From positions 645,236 through 709,235 of the forward strand of contig OY764017.1 of NCBI GenBank assembly GCA_963667795.1: a stretch of 64,000 nt of DNA. Reading direction: 5' to 3'. The DNA comes from Christensenellaceae bacterium. Its GTDB lineage: Bacteria; Bacillota; Clostridia; Christensenellales; CAG-138. The first letter of the stretch is position 1. Each line of letters opens with the position of its first letter. The position numbers were made by a program, and so were the translations under genes. Of the stretch, positions 47,401-57,314 are shown piece after piece. Under the pieces are notes generated by a model. It did no database searches, was not told where the DNA came from, and saw nothing but the letters and a program-made list of their open reading frames with translations.

Positions 47401-50045
47401 TCGACGGGCTTTACCGTGCATTCCTGTCTGCCGTACTGCGTACTTTCGGTGGTCAGCGCGCCCAGAATCATATCCGGATTGTCCACGAAATATTGATTGA
47501 CCGTAAGGCCATCGGGCGTTGTGCCGAGGTGCACCCAGTCCGGTTCGATTTCGATTGGCCGGTCACGCTTTTGCAAGAACAGGATATCAGTCACGACCGT
47601 GGTACCAGCGTTGGCAAAAAACGCGTTGTTCGGCAGCCGCACCGCACCGATCAGGTCGCCCCGCTGCGCAAGATGCCTGCGCACAGACGGATTCTTTTTG
47701 TCCATGGTGCCGCTGGACGTAATGAACGCGACGATCCCGCCCGGACGCACCTTATCGAGCGCCTTGGCAAAAAAGTAATCGTGGATAAGAAAATGGTGCC
47801 GGTCGTATCGCTTGTCCGCAATGCCGTAGTCGCCGAACGGCACGTTGCCGACAGCTGCGTCGAAAAAACTGTCCGGCAGGTCGGCTTCCTCAAAGCCCTG
47901 TATTCTGATGTCGTTTTCGGGATATAGCAATTTGGCAATTCTGCCGGTAATGCTGTCGAGTTCTACGCCATAGAAGTGGCTGTCCGCCATGCCTTCCGGC
48001 ACCAAACCGAAGAAGTTGCCAATGCCGCAGGCTGGCTCGAGCACATTTCCCGTGGAAAACCCCATACGTTCCAACGCCGCATAGATCGCCTTGATCACGG
48101 TTGGGCTGGTGTAGTGCGCATTCAAAACGGATTCGCGCGCGGAAACGTATTCTTCATCCGTGAGCAGGTTTTGCAGCTCGCGGTATTCGTTTTGCCAGCC
48201 GGATTTCGTTTCATCGAACGCGTCCGTCAGTCCGCCCCAGCCGACGTAACGGGACAGGATTTCCTGCTCCTGTGACGTGGCTTGCCGTTGTTCGGATTCT
48301 ATCTGCCTTAGGGTACGGATGGCGGCAATATTCATAGCGTATTTTGTCTTGGGGCCGCCAACGCCAAGCGTATCGTCGGTAATGCGGAAGTTCTTTGCCG
48401 GAATAATCGGCTCGGGGGCCGTTTCACTTTCCTGTACGAGTTCGGTTGCTTCCGGTTCCAATCGTTCTTCATGCAGACCAGTTTTTTCCTCATCGGTAAG
48501 GTACCGATCGGATTGGATCAATTCACCAATGCGCCTGTGAACCTGCGTCCAAGTCAGCGTAATGCCCGGTGTATCGCCCCATTGCCGAAAATGCAGACCT
48601 TTGGCGTTGTAATCGATCAGGCCGGAAGCGCCGTTTTGATAGGCGACGGAGTGGCCGCCTGTGCCGTATTCCTGTTTCAGAAATTCAGCGGCTGCTTTTG
48701 TGTCCGGGCTGTTTTGATAGAATTCAAAGACGCGGGATTTCCCGTGCGCGAACCCGCTGCCGCGACAGAGCTCGTCGTCGATATCCTGTTGGGATAAAAA
48801 AGAAGCGGAGGCGTCGTGCGCTTCCGCTTCCAGCAGACTCAGCTGTTCGGATTCCGGGATTAGTTGTAGATCAGTTCCCGCAGGACCGCTTCTTCGGCTG
48901 CTGCCTTGAGGTTGTTCATCCGGCGCGCCCACTCCATCTGGTCGGTCGCCTTCAGTTGCTCGTTCACGCCCTCCGCGGCGGCCATTCGCGCCAGCGTCGC
49001 GTCGACCTGCTCCCGGGCCTGCCGGTCGATCTCTGCCAGGTGCGCCGTCAGCCTGCCCGACAGCAGAAGCGCACTGTACTGGCCCTTGCGATGCTCCTTG
49101 AGGAAGCGCCTCCGCATCCTCGCGTATTTGCCCGGCGCTTCGCTCGGCTGTTCCTCCAGCGTCAGGTTCGGCATCCAATAATCCCCGTTCTGCCGATATG
49201 TCAGTTCCATGTTCGTCGCTCCTTTCAGATTCAGATTGATCACCCTCAGCATCATTGTCCCTTTCTTTCGTCTCGGTTGCAATGTTGTCGCGCGTCTGCC
49301 GTTCGATGGAACGGACGCTTCGTTCGATCTGCCGCAGGATCATCTGTGAAATATCGCCGGTGGCGCAGCCGAGTTGCGAGATCACCAGCGGCGTATCGAA
49401 GTACTGCACGTCAATGAAGTTGCTTGCGGCCAGCACCATTCGCGGGTCGATGCCGACACGCGTGAGAACGCCGTATGCCACGCCGCCATAGACGGTATGG
49501 TAAAATCTCCCCTGGAGCGCTTCACCGGTCAGCCCGGATAGTTCGCTACCGTCCATGATCAGTGGCAAAACGTCGGCATAATCTCCGATATTGTCGGTCA
49601 CGACGTTGCGAACCACGGAGAGAAGCTGTTGAGCAAAGTTGTCCTCCGGCTCGATTTCACCAAATCGGTTTGTCAATTCTTCGATGATCTGTTGCCGGTC
49701 TTCCGGTTGCACTTCCCACAATTGGACGGGAATGTTGGAGCGCGTGTTCGTGTCCGAAACGTCGAACACATACTTCAATCGCAACCGGTCGCCGGAATCG
49801 TCGATCAGTGCGATTCCCTTCGCGCCTTTGTTGACCCAGCGCTTGAACACGCTGTTCCAAAGCTCGATCGGTGCGCAGGCACGTGCATCCGAGCGCTGAG
49901 CGTAGATCAGAAGCTGATCGTAGAATGGATATTTATAGAGCCATGCGGTGGTATCGAGATAGCGCATCCAATTTTCGCGCGAACTTGTAATGCGCATCAT
50001 GGTGGCTTCCGACAATGCCTTCATGGTTTCCAGTTTTGTGGCCAA
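44486..50045 (-). CDS. Polyvalent ArdC-like/methyltransferase/SNF2-helicase protein, exon 1
   Basis: N-terminal ArdC-like ssDNA-binding-type segment (YPFYDQLLIYAQRSDA...KGAKGIALI). MTase motifs VLEPACGIGNFFG and GNVPFG. Helicase motif I AHVVGAGKTF and motif II LFVDEAHSFKN. The frame ends in ...HHLDIPWRPADLE at the intron. Confidence 0.8.
48860..49210 (-). CDS. tnpV: TnpV-like protein (116 aa), nested out of frame inside exon 1 of the polyvalent gene
   Basis: ATG at 49208-49210 lies 8 nt after AAAGGAG. Translates MELTYRQNGDYWMPNLTLEEQPSEAPGKYARMRRRFLKEHRKGQYSALLLSGRLTAHLAEIDRQAREQVDATLARMAAAEGVNEQLKATDQMEWARRMNNLKAAAEEAVLRELIYN, which closely follows the TnpV pattern as I recall it. Confidence 0.7.
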   Translation of the reverse strand: MELTYRQNGDYWMPNLTLEEQPSEAPGKYARMRRRFLKEHRKGQYSALLLSGRLTAHLAEIDRQAREQVDATLARMAAAEGVNEQLKATDQMEWARRMNNLKAAAEEAVLRELIYN

Positions 50046-50082
50046 GAAATCACCTCCAGTCTGCTAGATTGTGCACATCACC

Positions 50083-50598
50083 TTATCGTTCAAAATCGTG
50101 GCCGGCGTGTTGATTGCCTTTTTCGAAATGTGGGGGTTGAGGCTTTGCCTGCTTGTCGAGCAGCAGATTATTGATGATCCCGTCGATCTGATTCAGGTTT
50201 TGTTCCACAGACAGTTCAGCCGTCCGTAACGGATTCCGTTTTGCGCAGAACGACGGGATTTCCGTGAAACCCACAACATCCACGTAGTATGCGCGAGCAC
50301 GACCTTCCCGGTCGATGGTCACAACGTCGCTCACCGACAGGCTATGGCCACGGAAATCTTGCGGATGATTCATGTTGAACTGGAAAAACAACCAGTCCAG
50401 AAACTCCTGATCGGTCTGACGATCCGCAGCTGGTGTCAATTGCCCGGAATACACGCAATCGTACCGTCCCGGCAGAACGGATATTTCCTTCGATTTCAAA
50501 CTGCGAAGAGGCATAAAGAGAAGTTTTCGGCTCTCCGGTGTGTCTTTCAGTTGGTAGATGGCATAGGTGATATCGACGGATTTTATATTCTCACTCAT
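50083..50598 (-). CDS. YodL-like domain protein
   Basis: Trimmed to the ATG at 50596-50598 after AAAGGAAG. MSENIKSVDITYAIYQLKDTPESRKLLFMPL... Confidence 0.6.
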   Translation of the reverse strand: MSENIKSVDITYAIYQLKDTPESRKLLFMPLRSLKSKEISVLPGRYDCVYSGQLTPAADRQTDQEFLDWLFFQFNMNHPQDFRGHSLSVSDVVTIDREGRARAYYVDVVGFTEIPSFCAKRNPLRTAELSVEQNLNQIDGIINNLLLDKQAKPQPPHFEKGNQHAGHDFER

Positions 50599-50788
50599 TG
50601 TTCTGGCTTCCTTTCGTATAGTCCTTTTTCCAGTACTTGCAAAGCACCCCGATGCAAACAGGCCGCTTGTATCTGCACTCCTTGCACGGTTTGTTGGCAG
50701 GTGCGACAGGCGGCACCTCGTTTTCACGCCTGGTACGCGGCACCTCCTGCATCATGCGTTCGTAGGGGCTGTCGGTAAAATACGTCAT
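50591..50788 (-). CDS. Small cysteine-rich conjugative-element protein
   Basis: MTYFTDSPYERMMQEVPRTRRENEV...KPCKECRYKRPVCIGVLCKYW. ATGA overlap with the upstream stop. Confidence 0.55.
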   Translation of the reverse strand: MTYFTDSPYERMMQEVPRTRRENEVPPVAPANKPCKECRYKRPVCIGVLCKYWKKDYTKGSQNNE

Positions 50789-51435
50789 AGCACACCATCC
50801 CATTTTCCTTTTTTCTGCACGGCTTCGTTACAGACCGGCGGCTTTTTCTCTTCGATTTCTTCTTCGTCCTCGTCGTCATATTCGTAGTCGAAATCTTCCA
50901 TGCGTGGTGCGGTCTTTGCCGACGCTTTTTTCTTTTTGAAGAAGACGAACGCACCGATTCCGCTGGCAATCAGCAGCGTGATCAGAATCAAAGGAGCGTT
51001 GGATTTGCTATCGTCTGCATCCGATGTTGCATCGGAACTTGCCGTCGGACGCGCTGTCGGCGTCGGTGTTGGCGTGACCTCGATTTCGTATCCGGCTTCG
51101 CCCAGAATTTCCATCAGATCGGCTTCGTCGACCTTGTTGAGAAAGTAGACGTTTTCGCTTTCGGAAGCACGGTCGATGATGATGTAGAAATAGTTGCCGT
51201 TCTTGGTCACGACCGTGATGAACTGCTTGTCCTCGGACGATGTGCCGGAGATGTCGTCCACCAAAGTGAGATTGCCTTCCGGGGTCAATGTCTTGGTGAC
51301 GGTTGCGGGCGTGGCGATCGGCGTCGGGGTCGCCGAGGGTTCGCCGTTCGCCAGCGCCGGAGATGAAAAAACCGCCATGCTCAGAAGCATGACGGTCAGC
51401 AGCACCAGCGCGCCGATTGCTTTTCGTCTATTCAT
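50785..51435 (-). CDS. DUF4366-like secreted, membrane-anchored conjugation protein
   Basis: Signal peptide, then FITVVTKNGNYFYIIIDR, a TPTPTP linker, and a C-terminal TM. Confidence 0.65.
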   Translation of the reverse strand: MNRRKAIGALVLLTVMLLSMAVFSSPALANGEPSATPTPIATPATVTKTLTPEGNLTLVDDISGTSSEDKQFITVVTKNGNYFYIIIDRASESENVYFLNKVDEADLMEILGEAGYEIEVTPTPTPTARPTASSDATSDADDSKSNAPLILITLLIASGIGAFVFFKKKKASAKTAPRMEDFDYEYDDEDEEEIEEKKPPVCNEAVQKKGKWDGVL

Positions 51436-51643
51436 GGGATGTTCCTCCTTTTTCCGTGAGCGAGCGCATGATCGCCGCCAGCTCGTCCGGGGTCGCGTCG
51501 ATCATGTCCACCCGACCCTGTATTTTCAGATTCTCAAGTTCCGCCCGTTTCCGTTCCAGTTGTTTCACACGTCGTTGCAGGCTCTTTATTTTCGTCTTGT
51601 GCTTTTCGATCTCGGTGTCGATCCGCTCGATTCTCGGATTCAT
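51428..51643 (-). CDS. DUF4315-like coiled-coil protein
   Basis: MNPRIERIDTEIEKHKTKIKSLQRRVKQLERKRAELEN. Preceded by a GGAGGAACAGC ribosome-binding site. Confidence 0.6.
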   Translation of the reverse strand: MNPRIERIDTEIEKHKTKIKSLQRRVKQLERKRAELENLKIQGRVDMIDATPDELAAIMRSLTEKGGTSHE

Positions 51644-51653
51644 GCTGTTCCTC

Positions 51654-53375
51654 CTAGTCCAAGCGCCCGAAGGCGAAAAAGTGAGATTTGTAGTATTTCG
51701 TGTTGATGCTTTTGTACTCGACGCCGTTGCCCGCGCAGTGGATCATCATGCCGTCGCCGACGTAGATGCCGACGTGCGTGACGGGATGGCCGATCTCCGC
51801 GGCGCGCGCACCCGTGAAGAAGATCAGATCGCCCGGCTGGGCCTCGCCTTTAGAAACGACCGTCGATCGCTTGTACAAGCCGCGCGCATTCGTCCTGCCG
51901 ACGCTTGCAACACCCGAGTGATTGAGCGCCCAGCAAACGAAGCCGGAGCAGTCGAACCCGGTGCCCGGCTTGCTGCCACCCCAAACATATGGATAGCCGA
52001 GATACTTGTTGGCCTCTTCGATCAGCGCGGCAAAGTCGGGATCGGACAGTGCTTCGGGCGGGATTTCGTACGCTTCCGGCGGCGTGACGTCCAGCGTGCC
52101 GATGTAAGGATTGTCGGAGCTCGAAAACAGCTCCGGCTTATTGCCGTACGTCTGCATGAGCACGACGTAGGTTTCGGCCTGCTCCGCATCCATGCTGCCC
52201 GCCGCTGCTGTGGCAAGCCCATTGTTGGTAAGCGTTATGTCCAGTATCTTGTATTCATATTGGACTTCGAAGTCCTCCCAGACCAGCGTCTCTTCACCGG
52301 CTTCCGGGTCGTATACCGGAATGAGCTGTTGCTCAGTTTCATAGCGGATTTCAACGATTTCCACGATGCTGAGCGCATACTGGAGATTGAACAACGCAGA
52401 CAGCTCGCTTTGCACGTCGGCAAGCGTGAACGACACGTATTTGGCCGTCAGATACGACATCAGGGAATAGGGATTGTGCCCGATTTCGTCGACTTCATAG
52501 TTGTACTCATCGTATCCGGCATAATCGGTTTCGATGCTGTCGATTTGGCGATCCAGACTGTTTTCCAGCTCGCAGTAGCGCGCTTCGACCTTGAGCATGT
52601 CGGCGTCTTCGGACACATAGGACGTGCCGAGGATCGCGTTCAGCTCGCCGACGCTCATTTCCGTGCAGGACGAAAAACTGTTCAGCAGCATGATCAACAG
52701 CAATCCGACGATTCCGGCAATCACCCAGCCTTTCTTGTTTTTCGTGAATACTTCTACTAGCTTTTTGGCTTTCTCCGCCGCGGAACGCGTCGCTTTCCCG
52801 GCGGCAGTTGCGCCGCCGCTTGCTGCACTTCGTCCGGCTTTCACGGCAGCATATTGTCGTTTGATCGTCTGCTTTTGTTTCCAGCGTGAAAGGAGATTGC
52901 TGTTCTCGTGTGGGTTTTCCAGCTTTGTCTTTTCGTGTAAAAATCGCAGATTCACGCGGTCGGACTTTCGATCGGCGCGGGCAGCAGTGTGGTAGGGGTG
53001 CATCTTTTGTGCGTGCTCGACTGTTCGTCCAACGCGATAGGCAGCTTCTTCCGATCGGTGCGCGGCCTCGATGCCTGCGTTGTCATCGCTCGATTTATCG
53101 ATCTGGCGGTGAACTTCCGCTGCAATCGCATCCGTGGCAACATGTGTGAGCTTACTTGGCTTTTTCTTGTCGACCTCCTCAAAACGCAAACGCACCGTCT
53201 TTTTGCCGGTGTCGGCGTTGACGGTGCGTTCGGATTTTATGATTTTTCGTTTTGGGATTTTCGCTTTGGCTTCATTTACCTTGTCTGAGGCGTGTTCGGC
53301 TTTGCGGATAGGTGGCTTTAGCTCCGGTGACGCGTGGTCTTCGTCGGAGAAGCGCAGGCAGGAATAATCTCTCAC
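51654..53375 (-). CDS. NlpC/P60 (C40) peptidoglycan hydrolase of the conjugation apparatus
   Basis: C-terminal YVWGGSKPGTGFDCSGFVCWALN...GDLIFF...HVGIYVGDGMMIHC. Start taken as the GTG at 53373-53375, 10 nt after GAAAGGAG. The ATG at 53399 is the longest alternative. Confidence 0.8.
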   Translation of the reverse strand: MRDYSCLRFSDEDHASPELKPPIRKAEHASDKVNEAKAKIPKRKIIKSERTVNADTGKKTVRLRFEEVDKKKPSKLTHVATDAIAAEVHRQIDKSSDDNAGIEAAHRSEEAAYRVGRTVEHAQKMHPYHTAARADRKSDRVNLRFLHEKTKLENPHENSNLLSRWKQKQTIKRQYAAVKAGRSAASGGATAAGKATRSAAEKAKKLVEVFTKNKKGWVIAGIVGLLLIMLLNSFSSCTEMSVGELNAILGTSYVSEDADMLKVEARYCELENSLDRQIDSIETDYAGYDEYNYEVDEIGHNPYSLMSYLTAKYVSFTLADVQSELSALFNLQYALSIVEIVEIRYETEQQLIPVYDPEAGEETLVWEDFEVQYEYKILDITLTNNGLATAAAGSMDAEQAETYVVLMQTYGNKPELFSSSDNPYIGTLDVTPPEAYEIPPEALSDPDFAALIEEANKYLGYPYVWGGSKPGTGFDCSGFVCWALNHSGVASVGRTNARGLYKRSTVVSKGEAQPGDLIFFTGARAAEIGHPVTHVGIYVGDGMMIHCAGNGVEYKSINTKYYKSHFFAFGRLD

Positions 53376-53480
53376 ATGGCAGCAACTCCTTTCGGGCATA
53401 AGAAAACCCGCCTTGGTGAGGCGGGATCAAGGCTATTACCTTGGATTGCAATATTACAATCAGCTCAAAAACAATTCAAA

Positions 53481-54059
53481 TCATCTTCCGCAGCATTTTT
53501 TAAACTTAAAACCAGATCCGCACGGGCATGCGTCATTCCGCCCGACCTTCTGTAAGAACACTTGGTCGATTTCGATAATTCTGTCCATTAATTGTTTTGG
53601 TATCTCCATGGTGTCTCCAACAGCGGTGCATCTAATTCGTTCAAATTCGTTTCTTAATTCGATATACTCTTTTACTAATGGAGATTGAGTGTATGGTATA
53701 AATCTGCTTGGCGTTCGTTTCGCTTCCATATCTTTTTGGTATGAGAACAAAGTTTGGCTGCAATCCTCACTGTTCGGAGTGATATCAATGATTTGCTTGT
53801 CCGGGTTTTGCCATACTGCGTGCGCTTCACAATCCAAATAGAGGTTCCTTCTGGAAGTTATTCCCCAACCTACTAAAGCAGTGCCTCCGTATCCAGCCAC
53901 ATACTTTTTGACATTTTTGAAACAGTCTCCTTCTTCACAATCATCCTTAGGTTCTCTTGGAATGTAAGATAAGTCACATATCCCATTATTGTTGCATAGG
54001 TGAATAATTTCATCAGTAAGTCTTTGAGGTGTTTTACCACTTGTTTCTCGTTCTTGCAT
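53481..54059 (-). CDS. SEC-C motif protein of unknown function (AT-rich cargo)
   Basis: C-terminal [14 protein letters not shown]. The N-terminal domain is not recognised. ATG at 54057-54059 lies downstream of GAGGAG; the track start at 54080 is a TTG. Confidence 0.55.
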   Translation of the reverse strand: MQERETSGKTPQRLTDEIIHLCNNNGICDLSYIPREPKDDCEEGDCFKNVKKYVAGYGGTALVGWGITSRRNLYLDCEAHAVWQNPDKQIIDITPNSEDCSQTLFSYQKDMEAKRTPSRFIPYTQSPLVKEYIELRNEFERIRCTAVGDTMEIPKQLMDRIIEIDQVFLQKVGRNDACPCGSGFKFKKCCGR

Positions 54060-54203
54060 AAAGCTATGTGTTCTCCTCAAACGATCTGTTCTATGTTACA
54101 GCGGTTGCATTTATGGGCTCATTTATAAGCATGTTGAAAACAAACTGTACACATTCACTTTATTATATCATGTTGGCTATTTATTGTATTAGTACGCGTG
54201 GAA

Positions 54204-56618
54204 TTATCTAAACCATTCCCCCGGTTTCGTCGTCATCACCTGATACAACCGCGACTCCTTGTTGAAATGATCGAGGAACGGGAGGATGGTGTCGCCATAC
54301 ACGATCAACCCTTCGCCTTCGCCGGAATGCGTCACGTACGAGAGCTGATGCGGCGAGATATTGAGCAGCTTTGCGAGGATCGCGCGGTCGCCCGGAGCCT
54401 GATTCAACAGCAGAATGAAGTCGCTGTTTTCAAAGATGTTCTCGGCCTGCTTCGAGTTGAGCAGGTCTTTCACGTTCTGCGTGATCGCCGTCGGGATGCC
54501 GCTCCACTTACGAAACCGCTTCCAAATCTCCGCACTGTAGGACGCTGTGATCTCGTCCTTGAGCAGCAGATGGAATTCGTCGATATAGTACCGCGTCGAC
54601 TTCTTTCGCGCGCGGTTGGCGGACACGCGCCCCCAGACATGATCCTGAATCACGTGCATGGCCAGCGTCTTGAGCTGCGAACCAGCCTCCTTGGTGTCGA
54701 AGCAGACCAGCCTGTTACGAACGTCCACGTTCGTGCGGTGGTTGAACAGATTGAACGTGCCGTGCACGTACGGGTCGATAGCCTTTGTCATGTTGTCCGC
54801 GTCCTCATCCCGATGGCCTGCGGTCGCGTCCCGAATCTCGATCAGGGCGGCGTACAGTTCCGAAAGAGTCGGCATGCTGTCCGGACGCGGGTCTTCGAAG
54901 TAGCGGGTGTACACCATGCGCGCCGCTTTTTCGATTACGGACTTTTGGCCGAAGGTGAGCACGCCGGGGCTGACGATAATCTCGAACATGGACATGAGGA
55001 AGTTGACCTTGAGCGGGATCGGATTGTCGCCGTCGCAGTAGTTGGAATGGATGTCCATTGGGTTGACGTATTCGGTACTGGTCGGCGAAATGCGGATCAC
55101 CTGGCCGTGCAGTTCCGTCACAAGCGGCGCGTATTCGCCCTCGGGATCGCACACGATCATGTCATCACTGGTGAGGATGAACACGATGAACATCTCCCGC
55201 TTGGCCGCGAATGACTTGCCGCTGCCGGGCGTGCCGAGGATCAGCCCGTTGGGGTTTTTGAGCAGCTTGCGATCAACCATGATCAGGTTGTTGCTCAGCG
55301 GGTTGACGCCGTAATAGAGCGCCTCCGGCCCGCGCTGGCAAAGCTCCTGCGACATGAATGGCACGAAGATCGCCGTCGAGCTGGTCGTCAGCGACCGCTG
55401 GATCGGCACGAGGTTGCTGCCAAGCGGCAGGGACGACATCAGGCCCTGCTCCTGCTGAAAGTCCAGCCGGACGAGCGCGCAGTTGTACTTCTGCGCGATG
55501 CCCGCGGCCTGAAACGCGTCGTTCTCCAGCTGCTGTTTGGTTTCGCCGGTGTTGACGATCAGGAACGTGACAAGAAACATCCGCTCGTTCCGGCTTTGCA
55601 GTTCCTTGAGCAGGCTCTTGGCCTCGCCGCCGTAGGTCGCGAGGTCGGACGGGATGATGTCCATATCGTATCCCGAACGAACCGCCTTTTTTTGTTCCTC
55701 AATCTTCATTCTGTCGAGGTCGGTGATCTTGCGCTTGATCGTTTTGATGGCCTCGTTCTGGTCGACAGACCGGATGTGCATACTGACGATCAGACTGCTC
55801 TGCATGTCCAGAAAGTCCGCCAGCATGCGGTCGTTCAGTTCGGGCGCGAGGATGCTTAGAAACGAAACCGCGCCGAAACGTTTGCCCATGCGAAACCAGC
55901 GTCCGTTTCGGAATTCGAACGACGACGGCGCGATGAAATCCTTGGTGGACAGGCCGGTTGCGGGCAGCTGTTTCCAGTCGAAACGGAACGCTTCCTCCTG
56001 ACTGCCCATGAGGAAGATCGCGTGCATGAGCCGGAGCCGATCCTTGCCGGAAAGCGACGCGGCCGCCACGCCGAGCTGCTTGAAGTTGTGTAGGATGTCT
56101 AGCTCGATCCGTTCCAGCCGCTGTTTGGCGATCCGGTAGCTGTCGGCCTCGATGCCGAACGTGATATACCGCGTCTTTTTCAGGCCGTTGTTCCCTTTGG
56201 CAAGCTGCGTTTTGAGCATCTCCGAATACTCGGCGCGGATCTCGTCGAAGGCGTCGCCCCGAAGCGGAACGAGGATGCTTTGCTCCATCGCGTCGTGCCC
56301 GCCATAGAGGTTCAGGAAGGAGAACTGGAAGCGAATCGACGCGTCGAAGTAGTTCAGAAAGTCGCACCAGCCCTCGAAGATGGCGGTTTTGTCGTCATTC
56401 TGGGCAAGCTGATAGTTGATGTCCTCGAAACGGACGGTCTTGGTGTAAAGCGCGTCGGTGACGCGGCAAACGCCGTCAGGCCACATCCGCTGATAGGGGA
56501 TGCTGTCCTGCGCTGTTGCCGGCTGCTTCCGGCCCGTGCCGTGCGCGCGCTTAACGGCCGCGTCGATTTGTTTTTTGTCTGCGCGGGTGAGCTTTACCGC
56601 GGTGGTTTTTCTGGACAA
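54204..56618 (-). CDS. VirB4-family type IV secretion ATPase
   Basis: 804 aa. Walker A GTPGSGKSF. TTG start lies 9 nt after AAGGAGG. Confidence 0.85.
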   Translation of the reverse strand: MSRKTTAVKLTRADKKQIDAAVKRAHGTGRKQPATAQDSIPYQRMWPDGVCRVTDALYTKTVRFEDINYQLAQNDDKTAIFEGWCDFLNYFDASIRFQFSFLNLYGGHDAMEQSILVPLRGDAFDEIRAEYSEMLKTQLAKGNNGLKKTRYITFGIEADSYRIAKQRLERIELDILHNFKQLGVAAASLSGKDRLRLMHAIFLMGSQEEAFRFDWKQLPATGLSTKDFIAPSSFEFRNGRWFRMGKRFGAVSFLSILAPELNDRMLADFLDMQSSLIVSMHIRSVDQNEAIKTIKRKITDLDRMKIEEQKKAVRSGYDMDIIPSDLATYGGEAKSLLKELQSRNERMFLVTFLIVNTGETKQQLENDAFQAAGIAQKYNCALVRLDFQQEQGLMSSLPLGSNLVPIQRSLTTSSTAIFVPFMSQELCQRGPEALYYGVNPLSNNLIMVDRKLLKNPNGLILGTPGSGKSFAAKREMFIVFILTSDDMIVCDPEGEYAPLVTELHGQVIRISPTSTEYVNPMDIHSNYCDGDNPIPLKVNFLMSMFEIIVSPGVLTFGQKSVIEKAARMVYTRYFEDPRPDSMPTLSELYAALIEIRDATAGHRDEDADNMTKAIDPYVHGTFNLFNHRTNVDVRNRLVCFDTKEAGSQLKTLAMHVIQDHVWGRVSANRARKKSTRYYIDEFHLLLKDEITASYSAEIWKRFRKWSGIPTAITQNVKDLLNSKQAENIFENSDFILLLNQAPGDRAILAKLLNISPHQLSYVTHSGEGEGLIVYGDTILPFLDHFNKESRLYQVMTTKPGEWFR

Positions 56619-56970
56619 TGCTTTGGACCTCCTTGTCGAGCACCGCCTGCCGATGCAGCGTGGCGTAGAAGTTGTTGGTTTGATATGGCCGCACCTGCGG
56701 ACGGCGGAAACTCAGTTCCACGATGTTTTTGACGATCTGTTCAAACGGCATGCCGTTCTTTTCGTACATGGCGAAGAGGAAGAACGGCATCATGGCCACG
56801 ATCATGACGATCGCGGCGGCGCTGATGCTGACGCGCGGTTTGAGCAGAAAGAAAATCGGCACACCCACAAGTGCGCCGAGACTAAAGCAGATCAATTGTC
56901 GTTTGGTCAGATTGAGCAGGACCTGCGTTTTGATTTTGGTTAAGTCCTTTGGGACAGGTACATAGGCCAA
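56551..56970 (-). CDS. PrgI-family membrane protein
   Basis: MAYVPVPKDLTKIKTQVLLNLTKRQLICFSLGALVGVPIFFLL. TTG start lies 7 nt after AGGAGG. Confidence 0.7.
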   Translation of the reverse strand: MAYVPVPKDLTKIKTQVLLNLTKRQLICFSLGALVGVPIFFLLKPRVSISAAAIVMIVAMMPFFLFAMYEKNGMPFEQIVKNIVELSFRRPQVRPYQTNNFYATLHRQAVLDKEVQSIVQKNHRGKAHPRRQKTNRRGR

Positions 56971-57164
56971 GGGGACACCTCCTTCAATTGAAAATAAGCG
57001 CTGCGCAACAGAGAATAGAATATTTCAGCGAAGACTATTTTCAATCTGTAATACTTGATATACTGGCAGTGAACAACCACTTGAAGGGGTTTTATTCACG
57101 AATAAAGACTCGTTTCATCATGGCCGCTAATGGGAATTATCTATTCAAAGAAGTGGGAGGCTAT

Positions 57165-57314
57165 ATGGATCCATTCAAAGGTTTTGCAAATTTAGCAATG
57201 ATTCTTGTAGGAATAGTTGCTGCCGTTATCGTAATTGCTGCGATCGTTGCAGTTTTCCATGGTAATTTTATCGGGATTCTACTTATTGCCATAATCGTGG
57301 TTCTAGCACTCTAG
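57165..57314 (+). CDS. Small two-TM membrane peptide (49 aa), AT-rich cargo
   Basis: ATG lies 4 nt after GGGAGG. MDPFKGFANLAMILVGIVAAVIVIAAIVAVFHGNFIGILLIAIIVVLAL. Confidence 0.4.
   Translation: MDPFKGFANLAMILVGIVAAVIVIAAIVAVFHGNFIGILLIAIIVVLAL

Noticed and set aside
44346-50174. Long plus-strand ORFs opposite the polyvalent gene (for example 46182..47927 at 581 aa, 48569..49417, 45370..45806).
   Set aside because: They are antisense shadow ORFs in GC-rich coding DNA. Their translations are Arg/Ala/Gly/His-rich with no motifs or ribosome-binding sites, whereas the minus-strand frame carries clear MTase and helicase motifs.
51417-56943. Plus-strand ORFs opposite the NlpC/P60 and VirB4 genes (51417..52760 at 447 aa, 54198..55214 at 338 aa, 56280..56943).
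   Set aside because: They are antisense shadows of well-supported conjugation genes. They have no ribosome-binding sites and their composition is biased.
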